DNA from: Camelus dromedarius | Taxonomy: Eukaryota | Direction: 5' to 3' | Length of the DNA stretch: 64,000 bases | Assembly (NCBI RefSeq): GCF_036321535.1 | Contig: NC_087454.1 | Span: forward strand, 29,388,001 to 29,452,000 | Shown: piece by piece, positions 1 to 14,004 of the stretch | Layout of the letters: each line of letters starts with the position of its first letter | Numbering within the stretch: the first letter of the stretch is position 1 | The notes under the pieces: generated by a model | What the model was told of the DNA's origin: nothing | The model's database searches: none | Seen by the model: the letters and a program-made list of their open reading frames with translations, nothing else | Position numbers and translations under genes: made by a program

Positions 1-430
1 ATTTTTGTGTATGGTGTGAGGGAGTGTTCTAACTTCATTGATTTACATGTGGCTGTCCAGTTTTCCCAACACCACTTACTGAAGAGACTGTCTTTTCTCC
101 ATTGTATATTCTTGCCTTTCTGTCAAAGGTTAATTGACCATAGATGCGTGGGTTTATCTCTGGACTCCCTATTCTGTTCCATTGATCCATATGTCTGTTT
201 CTGTGCCAATACCACACTATTTGGATTACTGTAGCTCTGTAGTATTGCCTGAAGTAGAGGAGGGTCAGGCCTCCAGCTTTGTTCTTTTTCCTCAGTATTG
301 CTTTGGCAATTCTGGGTCTTTTGTGATTTCATATACATTTTAGGTCTATTTGTTCTAGTTCTGGGAAAAATGTCATGGGTAACTTGACAGGGGTTGCATT
401 AAATCTGTAGATTGCTTTGGGTACTATGAC
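1..430 (-). mobile_element. LINE-1 fragment, ORF2 3' region, antisense; continues off the left edge
   Basis: The reverse complement reads as typical L1 ORF2 C-terminal sequence (minus-strand ORF 123-338 [24 protein letters not shown]...; 35-217 [22 protein letters not shown] resembles the L1 'WYWxKNRHIDQWNRIESPEINP' segment). Confidence 0.9.
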
Positions 431-454
431 CATTTTAACAATATTAATTAGAAG

Positions 455-860
455 CATTCTTTTTCTGATCAGAAATGAGACAGGGATGCCCAGAATCACT
501 ATTTCCACTCATCATTGTTCTGCATGTCCTAGTTGGTGCAGTGTAACAAAAAATAAGAGATTCAAGAGTTAGAAAGGGAGAAACCAAAATGCCATTGTTC
601 TCAGATGACAGGTAGGGTTGTACCTAGAAAACAGCACAAAACTGATGGACAAATTAAGAATTAATAAGGTAGTTTACCAAGTTGTGGGATCAACACACAA
701 CAATCAAGTGCTTTTCAAACTCTCTGGGAAACAGAAAATGAAGGAAAATTTATACTTGCCATTGTGTCAAAAAATAATATACCAACAATCAAATGAGCAA
801 AAGCTGTGCAAGAGACTTATCATGCATGTAGAGCAGAATATGGAAACTAGACAAAGAAAT
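455..860 (+). mobile_element. Old, degenerate LINE-1 (L1M-type) RT-region fragment
   Basis: Contains decayed equivalents of the L1 RT motifs: 'gagacagggatgccc' (RQGCP) and 'ttgttctcagatgaca...gtacctagaaaac' (LF.DD..YLEN). The frames are broken. End coordinates are approximate. Confidence 0.7.
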
Positions 861-1288
861 GGGGCCCAGGTTGGCTGTGCAGACCTGCTCCACTGTCCAG
901 TGGATCTGAATGTCAGGTGTCAGGTCTGTTGCCCTGGGGGGATGTCAGTTCAGGGTATTCCCCATGGAATTTGGAGGTGTAAGCCTGGTGGTACTGGGAA
1001 GACGGGAACTGACAGAGTACATCTGGCAGGCGCTGAGCTTGGGAGGCTGCTTGTTCTGGGGGTTAAGGACCCAGAGCTACTCCCTGTGCTGATACAGTCG
1101 CTGACGTCCTGATGCCCCAGTTGCTTTATTCATCTCTTGCCCCTTACCCTTCAGCGGCTTCCCCGACCCCTCTGAAAGGCCAGTGGTGCACGCTAACTAA
1201 GAGACTTCCCAGTCCAAGCAGCAGCAGGCGGCCTCTGTCCAGGCTGAGTCTCCGCTCCCTTGGAGACCTCACTTCTCCTTACCCAGAG

Positions 1289-1585
1289 CAGGGGTCTGCA
1301 GCGCTTTTCTGTAAAAGGTTAAGGGGGTAAATATTTCAGACTCTGCAAGCCATGTGGTCTCTGTCACAACTATCAACTAGCCAAAGACAACAGGTAAGTA
1401 AGTATGTTTCAGTAAAACTTTATGGACACAAATTCAAATTTCATATACTTCTCACATGCCAAAATATTATCCTTCTTTTGATTTTTTTCAACCATTAAGA
1501 AAACGTAAAAACCATTCTTATCCACAGGCCATATAGAAACCAGCGATAAGCTTGCCCTCTGCAGGCCATAGTCCATCAGTCCCTG
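1289..1585 (+). mobile_element. MER58B-like hAT-Charlie DNA transposon
   Basis: Starts CAGGGGTC...ttttctgtaaaagg...gtaaatatttcag, has the internal 'aaaactttatggacacaaattcaaatttcatata' and ends ...ccctg. This matches the MER58B consensus as recalled. Confidence 0.8.
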
Positions 1586-4214
1586 CTTCCTCTGGATGCC
1601 TCCAGCAGCATAAGGTCGGGTGGGTCTTTGAGGCCTGGGTAGGATAAAAAGTCTCTTGGGAACATCTAGGGTTGCAAGTGCTGCTGGGAAAAGTAGGCTT
1701 CTGGAGAACCAGGGGTTTTTAAGCCATCTTTAATAGCCTTCAGTGGCTTCCCTCACCCTAAGTTAAGGTCAGAACTACTTAGCAGGGCCTTGTGGCCCTC
1801 TGTGACCTTACCCATACCTGCAGGGCCACTTTCAGCTCCTCCTGCCTCCCTCGAGGGCTCCTGGGCTATGGTCCCTCTGTCAGGGCTGTGCCTGTCTGTG
1901 CTTTCCCTGGGGTTGGGAGCCCTGAGCCCCCTTCCCCAGGCTGAGCTGGGAGACTCTGATGTGTCTCCCATACTGCTATGGTTCACACTTGGTCTGCTGC
2001 AGCTCCCCGTAGTGGGCTGAAGGCTGTCTTGTGCATGCCTCTCTGCCTCTCGCCACGCAAGGCTCACAGTTGGGGCTTAGTGAGTGTCAGAGAGCTGGAG
2101 AAGTTATCCTGGAAGACTTCCAGAAGAGAAGGGAGAATTTATGTGCTGGTGCAAGATTTGAGATTTTCCCATTAGAAACCTTCTGAGGAGTCTCTGTTCC
2201 TGACATTGGTCCACAGGAGTGATTCTTGCTTTGCTTTGGACTTGGGCCCTGGGAGGGGAAACAGCATCCCCACTTCATTTCTGGAGCAGGGAGCAAGGGA
2301 GTTAGTGGAGCAAAGGCTCTGAGCTGACCCACCTTGGGGTCATCCCTGAAGCCTTCCTCTCCCAGTTCCTAGAATGTGCAGACTCACTTCTACCACTTCA
2401 CAGTCCTGTGAGATGTTGTCAACACTTTGTGAACTAGGGAGCAGACGTTTAATTAAGTAGGCCCCATGTGCCCAGAGGGAGGGAGGGTGCGTTGGAGGAT
2501 GATGCTCCTGGTTTGCAGTTTCCATCAGGAACAGGGCATCCTGGTGCCTTTCCAGCACCTATGCCCCTTCCCACACTCATTGGCTTCTCTCAGCCACAAG
2601 CTTCTCCCAGGCCATAATGAATGGGAATAGAAGAGTAGGAAGGAGATGAAATTGAGGTAATGGTAATAGGGATGATGACGTTTGGAGTGTGGGGCAAGGA
2701 AAAGGAAACCAAGGGTCCTTTGTTCTTTAGAATTCAACACATGAACAAAAAAAAGATGAAGGAATAAGACTGGGCACCACGGCTGCTGAGGTAAGTCTGT
2801 GGGTGGTGGTGGGGAAACCCCTCCCCAGCATTCCAGGGCCCAACAAAGTGGGCCACGAAGGGAGTTGCTGGACATCCACGAGATCACAGCGCAGGGAGTG
2901 TCCATTCTCTACTGGACGGACTGTAGGTCCAGTAGGCTTCCGAGATGAGGTCTTGGAAAGGCAAGGACAGCTACTACCTGGAGGGCACGCGACAGGGGCA
3001 GAGCCAGGCGAGACAGAGGCTCCCGCAGCTCGCTGGGCAGGCGCATGGCCTGGGGGGCTCCAGCGCCAGAGCTGAAGGGGAACAGCATGGTTCTGGCTGC
3101 CTAGAGCCGGCCAACCTCTGGCCAGCGTCTTCATCCTGCCTCCAAGAACCCTGACACCCTGCGGAGGTCCCTGGAAACTCTCCCCTCCCCTGATTTAGGG
3201 CAGCTGCAGAAGGAGGGAAGAGTGTGAAAAACGAAACCAGATTGAGAAACAGCTCGATTGTCATCTCCCTACTTCCCACACACGTAGGCAGCTGCAGAGG
3301 CTGGGGAGGGTCCCTCGGGTAGCTACCCCATCCCCAATTCTCTGAAGGCGGCGCCCGCAGAGCTGCCTCAATAGCCCGTGTGCTGTGTGTTACTGACGGC
3401 GGGGTGTCAATCATTCCCTTTACGCTCCATCCCACTCCGGACGCAGTGCCGGGCTAGCTGGGCCTGGCGGGTGGGTAAGACGATCCCACCTCTAGTGCCC
3501 TACAGTAAAGGAGTAGGGCAGCCCAACCCTTCCCCAGGACACTAGCAGAACCGGCGCGGGGCGGAGCCGCTGCAGAGACACTGCCCCAGCTGCAGCGGGC
3601 GGGGCGGAGCCTCGAGGGAAGGGGCGGAGCGGGGGTGGGACCACCGAGGCGGGCCTGGAAACTGCTGGAAGTGTGGTCGTACGAAGCCGTCGCTCCTTCC
3701 GCCGCGCTCAGGCAAAGAGTCCCCTCGCCAGCCCCAACCGGCGCCCTTTCCGCAGCGGGAGTCGTGCCCAGCGGCGAAACGCTGTCCCTGTCCTCTGTCC
3801 CTGTCCGCTGTCCCCGGGAGGGCAGGGGGCCGGGGGCTGCCCAGAGTTGGGCCTCGAGTTCCTCACCGCCCGCCGGAAAGACCCCTTCCCCTTATCCAGC
3901 TGTAGGAATTTGTAGGGGATATTCTAGCAGGGAGATCGAGCCTGGGAGAGTAGGTGGGAGTGGTTGGCCCTTTTCAAGGCGTCCCTTGAGGCTGGTATTC
4001 GGGTGTGAAGGCGCCTGCCCCACAGGTTTTTAACGAGATCAGTGGGGATCGTCGCCCCTAGATTCACTTATTACGCCATATGAGCTTTCCCAATATCTCG
4101 TTCTGGTGGTGTCCTGTCTTTTAGAGCACGGGGACGGGGCTATGAAAATGAGTAAATACGTGTGCGCTCTGACTTCTTTCTCCCTTGACCGCCCCCCTCC
4201 CCTATTTTGGACCA

Positions 4215-4350
4215 TGACGTCAAGGTGGGCGGGCGGCGGCAGGTGCGCGGCTCACAGGCATCCTCCTTTAAGGCGGAGGGATCCGGGGGCGGGCCGCTGG
4301 TCTGTGCTTCGCCTTATATAGAGCGTCTTGGGGCACACACCCGTTCTCTT
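4215..4350 (+). promoter_or_regulatory. HSP90AB1: HSP90AB1 core promoter: CRE (TGACGTCA 4215-4222), GC box, TATA (TATATAGA 4315-4322), pyrimidine-rich initiation site CTCTT (4346-4350)
   Basis: Motifs read directly from the sequence. The TATA-to-CTCTT distance of about 31 nt fits a TSS near 4346. Confidence 0.8.
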
Positions 4351-4445
4351 GAGTCACCCCCGCCGAGGCTGGTTGCTGCCGGTGAGCCGGACCCAGTCCT
4401 TGCCCCCTCAACTCTCTAGTATACTTGAGATTCTTATTCTTTAAG
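4346..4445 (+). other. HSP90AB1: HSP90AB1 non-coding exon 1 (5' UTR)
   Basis: Ends at the strong donor TTAAG|GTAAGG (4445/4446). The next exon begins with the ATG directly after the AG acceptor at 5823-5824. The 5' end is inferred. Confidence 0.8.
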
Positions 4446-5043
4446 GTAAGGCCTCAGTCTTTTTCAGGCTTTTCTAGTTTGGTCTTTCTTTCGAGTTGCT
4501 GTATCCTTCCTCCCGACCTTTCCGAGACCCAGATTTTGTCCTGGGGAGGCTTTTGGGGATAACGCTGCTAATTTCGGGGGTGGGTGGGAGGGGGCTTTCG
4601 AGTTAAGCTTCTTTTTCCTTATGTGTTTGGTGGTGGGCTCTCTTTTAGGCGGCTGCTAGGCACGGGTGAGGTGGGCCGTGGAGTGGGGCTCGGGTAGTGG
4701 GCGGTTGCACGTGGTGGCTGCGCCGGCCCGGGACGCTGCCATGTTTGCCCCTCCACTTCCGGACGCGGCTACGGGACGTCGGAGGGTCCGTAAGCCGTGG
4801 GGTGGGTGCGCGCTCAGTGTGACTTAGCTTACCCTGGTCTTGGCCAGGTTTTGTCGCCTCTCTTTTTGGACGGGGTTTTCAAGTCTTTTCGGGTCCGTTC
4901 CGTGAGGGTTTGCGGCGAGGGATGCCTGTGGTCCATCGTGCTTTTCCCCTTTAGATCTTTCCTGCGGTCCCGGTGGAGGGAGGGGGCAGGCTCTGGGATT
5001 CATGGATTTATTCCTCCCCCGCCCCTCCCCAAGAACTGAGATT

Positions 5044-5063
5044 GTTCTGGAAGCTTCTGGAGC
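5044..5063 (+). promoter_or_regulatory. HSP90AB1: Intronic heat-shock element (HSF1 site)
   Basis: gTTCt-gGAAg-cTTCt-gGAGc gives three perfect inverted nGAAn units plus a near-match fourth. Intron-1 HSEs are established for HSP90-beta. Confidence 0.85.
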
Positions 5064-5824
5064 CCGGCGCCCCGCCCTGGTGCCCGGATGCTGGGGCGAA
5101 GGGAGGCTGCGCCGTGGCGCCCCCTCCTCGCGTGGCCCTGGCGGACGCATGTCCGGCAGTGACGAGAGTCGGCCCATCAGACTACAGCCACCATCTTAGT
5201 TGTGTTTGGTTTGGTCCTGCACATCAGTCACGTGTGCTGCGGGAGGGTCACATTGGAGCTTTTGCTTTATCGATTCTTTGTCTTAATATAAGTCTCCTGG
5301 GCGAGCATCCTACTGGTGTCTCACGGGTTACCCTACCTCAGTATGTGAGGCAGCAATCCTATACTATCTCCCTAGAGATACCTAGTGGGGGAGCAGTTTC
5401 AAATCATTGCCCTTTAACAAAAACTTGTCACCTTGGGGGTTCCCCACCACCACCAAAAAAGAGTAATAGAAATACAGTGCTTTGCACATTTAAATGTGCG
5501 TATTCACCTGGGGTTCTAAGTTCGAATTCAAAATACCGGGGTTAGGGGCCCTGCTCGGCGTGCCTTACAAATTACCAGGTGATGCTGAGGCTGCTGGTCC
5601 ATGGATCGATCACTTAACAGTGGTTTGGCCCCAAAATACCTTCCGAGAAATCTTAATTCTTTTGTTTTAAAGTGCTGGGTTCCTCTCCCAATTGTCTTCT
5701 GACTAAAAGTGTAGCCTGAAATCTTTATAAAGAAAAGGATTTTCAGTCGCAGTACCCAGTTCAAGGCAGTTTGAATTCTTTAATGTCTTTGTTGTAGATA
5801 AATTTTTGACCTTTCTTATTTTAG

Positions 5825-9872
<4,048 letters not shown>

Positions 9873-10093
9873 GGAGTTTTTACCTGCAGACTTTGCTCCT
9901 TCTCTGTATAGTGTCCCCTGGCTCTCCCAGCAGCAGCCCTGCGTGGCCCCAGCCCACCTGGTTCCCTCTGCTGATGTCTAGTGGTTTTATTTCTGTCTTT
10001 CTAAGGCAGGATACAAGGGCCTCAAGCCCTGTCCCTTCCCACATTTGACATAGGGTTTGGGTGTTGTGTTGTCGTGTTTGTTTTTGTTCTGAA

Positions 10094-10113
10094 ATTAAAG
10101 TATGCAAAATAAA
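10094..10113 (+). terminator. HSP90AB1: HSP90AB1 polyadenylation signals (ATTAAA 10094-10099, AATAAA 10108-10113)
   Basis: Hexamers lie about 230 nt after the stop codon, following a GT/T-rich UTR stretch. Confidence 0.8.
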
Positions 10114-10263
10114 GAAGATGGCGTTTTATACAGTTCTGCTCTCGTAAAGTATATACAGTACTGCGTTTTGAGTTTCCCTAGGTTTTTTACCAAGTCTTAA
10201 CCTGCCATCACCCTGAGAACAGGTTATATGGTACATAATAGTACATCAAAAGCTTTTTTAAAG

Positions 10264-10347
10264 GCTTCTTTCTTACAGTGGTACTGGGAATTGAACCCAA
10301 GACCTTGTGCATGCTAAACACAGGGCTCTATCCAAGCTATACCCTTC
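10264..10347 (-). mobile_element. Short Vic-1-like tRNA-derived SINE with 20-bp target-site duplication
   Basis: Reverse complement GGGTATAGCTTGGATAGAGCCCTGTGTTTAGCATGCACAAGGTCTTGGGTTCAATTCCCAGTACC. Flanked by catcaaaagcttttttaaag (10244-10263) and catcaaaggctttttttaag (10348-10367). Confidence 0.8.
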
Positions 10348-10737
10348 CATCAAAGGCTTTTTTTAAGTTACACAACACTGAATGGTAGCTTTGAACTATC
10401 CTGTAACACCCTTTCCAAAGCATAGATGGATCTTCTACTCAATCGTGTTAACTTTACTATGGTAATAAAAGGCACACATGTAGAGACTGTTGAGTTTGGG
10501 TCTTCCTGGGTTGGCTGGATGAGGCATGAGGGCATGAGCTGCAGTTCCCAGTCAGTCACGTGATCACAAGGGTAAGCAACTGGTACAGGTTAACAATCTT
10601 TCTCACTTCAATGGTTTTGCCCAACTACAGGCTGCTGAGGTAAGTTCTAGATAGGTTAGGCTAAGCGACCGTAGGCAATCTTAAGTTGGTTTGTACTTGG
10701 AGTCAACCAAAACACAGGACCAAGCCTGTTGCAGTAG

Positions 10738-10743
10738 TTTAAT
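10738..10743 (-). terminator. SLC35B2: Probable SLC35B2 polyadenylation signal (ATTAAA on the minus strand)
   Basis: Plus-strand TTTAAT in an AT-rich patch about 560 nt past the stop codon. Use as the PAS is inferred. Confidence 0.55.
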
Positions 10744-10823
10744 AAAATAAAATTATAAGAGCAAAAAGTTACATTTCCAAAGTACCAAAACCTGCACTGG
10801 CTCACGGAGCAGAGCCTAGGGAT

Positions 10824-10900
10824 CCAGGAGCGATAGGGGTGGGATTGCTGGGTACTCCCCACCCCCTCCCCCAGCACAGCACCAGCTCTCACTCTCCTGG
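10824..10900 (-). other. Imperfect hairpin in the SLC35B2 3' UTR, orthologous in position and sequence to human MIR4647
   Basis: Minus strand CCAGGAG...GGTGCTGTGCTGGG...CCCAGCA...CTCCTGG resembles the human pre-miR-4647 as recalled. The seed region differs. Confidence 0.45.
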
Positions 10901-11298
10901 GAAAGCAGCATTTGGAGCCTACACCATTTGTGCTTCTCACCAGAGGAAGAAACGCAGGTCTGTCAGAGTCTGGAAGGATGGGTATTTAAGGTAGGGCTCA
11001 CACACAGGTGAAGCGCTGGCAGAGCCAACAGGCAAGACTACAGGGACCTTGAGGAGCGAGGAGCTTTGGAAGGTGTCTTGACACACCCCACCTGCATCTC
11101 TACCTTAGGACTCCTGCTTCCTAGAGGGTGGGTGACAAGGCAGAGGGGAAGGCTGCCTTCTGGCCTCCCTGCCCCCAAATGCAGAACTGGTTTGCAATAC
11201 TGAAGGAAAAAACCTGCACTTTTTTACCCTTGAGCCGGCCACCTCAGAAATTTACTGGTACCTTGAGAGGGTCCTAGTCACTTCATCCCTCAGGCCCC

Positions 11299-14004
11299 TC
11301 AAACCTTCTGCACAGACGACTCGACTGGCACTGCCTTCTTTCCCCGCTGCTTTAGACGGCCCCGGGCATAGACTCGGAGCAGGAGGGCAGCAAAGACCAC
11401 AGCCACCCCAAGCCCTCCCACCACAGTGACAGTGTGGCCGTAAAGGAGGCAGGAAAGGAGGATGGCAAAGGCCTGGCGGAGGGTCATGATGATGGTGAAG
11501 ACAGCAGCCCCAAACTGCCCAATAGTGTAGAAGATGAAGAGCTGGCCGCACGCAGAACAGATAGAGAGCAGCAGGGTGTGTGCGGCAAATTCACCATATC
11601 GTCCCATGAAGCGGATCCCCTCCAGGAGGGCCCCCTGCTCTAGAAGGGAGCCCACTGTGAAGAGGCAGGAAAATAAGTTGACCCCAAACATCATCTGCAC
11701 TGATGACATCTTGTAGGCAAACAGGGCATCCTGCCAGTTGGAGGTGAAGCTGTCAAAGGCGATGTAGCCTGACAACAGGATGAGGCCTGAGAGCGTGGTG
11801 GCCGGGGAGCTGTGGGGCTCTGGTCCGCTGGACAGCAGAAACATGCTGACCCCGATGGAGATGAGGCCGGCTGTCAGATATTCCCAGTGTTCATAGCTGC
11901 GCCGGGACACCAACTTTCCCATCAGCATAACAGGGATTACCTTGGAGGCCTTGGCCAGCACCTGGGTGGGGAAGCTGACAAACTTGAGAGCTTCATACTG
12001 GCACCAGCTGCTAAGCACATTTGATAGGCTGGCAAAGGAGTACCGGTACATGGGTGCCCCGTGCCGGGGCTGCTTGCATAAGATGCAGTAGAGGCCAGCC
12101 ACGATCAGTGCCAGGACTCGGTTCATTAGCACCAGGAACTGTGAATCCGAGAAGCGCTCACCTGGCGAGGTGGCTGTGGCCCCATAGCTGCGGGTCATCA
12201 CTCTCTCCTGCAGCACTCCCCAGGTCAGGTAAGACACCTGAGTGGGGAAGGGCGGAGACAGGAGAAGATAAGCAAGAGAAGGAAAAGATAGGCCAAACAG
12301 GACCCCAACAGTCTCCTTCCTATCTAACATGATTTAAAGGACCACCTATGTATTTGGGTTCCTCTGTAGTAATTAGAAGTTTCCTCTCCCCTCCCAAACC
12401 TGGATTCACCTTGTAGGGAATCAAGGGTGTGTGAAATGCAACAACAAATGCTTTAGGACTGACCAGAGTTTGTCCCCACAGCAGGGTTTTTTAAAGCCGA
12501 CTCCATCCCAAGTATTTCCCTATTTTCAACCAATTCCAGGAGGTAAGAATTCTTAAAGAAGATTGGACACTTACTAGTTCAACATGGTATATATACCAGA
12601 TGAACTAATAGAGCCCACTCCAAATGCCCTGAGGTCAGCATCTCAGCACCCCTCTCACTTGCGGTAGTGGGGAAGGCTAGGTGGCTTCCCCAGACTTTTA
12701 TCAGTGGGTTAACTATGTGAGGCACACCACTGTAAGCGGAAGGGAGAAATCACCGAAAAGAGGGTAAGAGAAAAGAGGAAAGGAAAAAACAGCATTTCCC
12801 CCAACTACCTCTAAGAAGACAGCGTGCCTCTGGGAGGAGGACACACAACACAAACACCAGCAAATCACTGGGACTGGTGGGGTGAAAGCTCTGGTTCCAC
12901 AGAGTTCCCGCCTGCCCGGACCCAACCCAGGAAGAGCAGCAGAGCCTGCCTACCTACCTGGAGCCCCGCGGCACAGAAGAGCAGCTTCAGGGCCTGCCAA
13001 GTGGGACTGGTCTCTGTCGGCTCTGGCCGGGGAGCCAAGGGAACCTCGTCTGTAGCCTTGGGCTCATTGCCAAACACACAAGTTTTCACCAGGGGAAAGC
13101 AGAGGCCCCTGCCTGGAGAAAGCACACAAGAAGCCCCAGAGTTCTCCCTAGCGCCTCATCTTACCCAGAGCTGCCAGCCAGCCCTTCTGGCCGCCCTCCC
13201 AGCCTTGCCAAGCCCCACGTGTCCTTTGCAATCCTGACCAACCCTTGTTAACACAGACCAAGCATACTTCCCCAACCTTTCCCCCACACACCTGTCTCCA
13301 GGTAGTTCTTCCGCCTGAAGTACTGCACCAGCAGGTAGCCAGGTACCATAAAGCTCGCATAACCAGCAGCATTCACCAAAAAGCGGAAGAACCATAGCTG
13401 GGTCCACGACTCCGGAGGGGCTTCGGGGTTCTCCCCACCTGCCCCCAGGGAGGGGAGCGCAGCCAGTACCACCACTGCCCACCACCTGCAGGGACCGAGG
13501 ACGTAAGAATCAGGGTGCAGCTCCTTATCCTCTCGGCCCTCCAGAGGGGACGACACTGGAGAAGGGCCCGGAGTCTCCTCCCCGCCCCTTCAGCGGCAAC
13601 CCGGCGCGGACAAAGAGCCTCTCTCTCGCCTAGGGGTGCAGGCGCCGGACAGGCAGGGCTCTCTCCATACCCGGGAGCGGACCCGCCCCTCCGGCCACAC
13701 AGGTTCCTTCTGTTCCCTCCAGCGCCTGCCGGCGGCTCCGGCCAGAGGCGGCGTCCCCGACCCCGCCATCCAGGTTCCCGGAGCGCCAGGGTTCCCCGAC
13801 TTCGCCCGACACTCCTGGAGCCCCCGAGGAGCACGACGCCACGCGGCGCCCCTACAGGCGCTGGCTCCGGGAAGCGCTAGGCCGGCTTCTGGCCGGGCAG
13901 CTGGGACCCCACCCGGCCCCCCGCGCGGAGGAGCGGCGGTCACGTGGCGCGGGGCGCAGTCACGTGGGCTCGCCGCTCCCCCCAGCCCCCTACCTGGCGT
14001 CCAT
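11299..14004 (-). CDS. SLC35B2: PAPS transporter 1 (Golgi), 432 aa
   Basis: complement join(13994-14004, 13292-13485, 12958-13112, 11299-12237) = 1299 nt. [21 protein letters not shown]...[15 protein letters not shown]...[13 protein letters not shown]. All junctions are GT-AG and phases are consistent. Confidence 0.98.

Larger units (their letters stand above)
3500..5200. other. CpG island covering the HSP90AB1 promoter, exon 1 and 5' part of intron 1
   Basis: Visibly GC- and CpG-rich compared with its flanks. Boundaries are approximate. Confidence 0.8.

Noticed and set aside
618-1112. 164-aa plus-strand ORF (MYLENSTKLMDK...)
   Set aside because: The N-terminal half is decayed L1 ORF2 sequence that runs by chance into unrelated DNA. 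It has no real start context and is not a gene.
1790-2020. Hydrophobic 76-aa ORF considered as SLC29A1 last exon or MYMX
   Set aside because: No resemblance to the ENT1 C-terminus or to myomixer as recalled. Those genes lie further upstream, outside the window.
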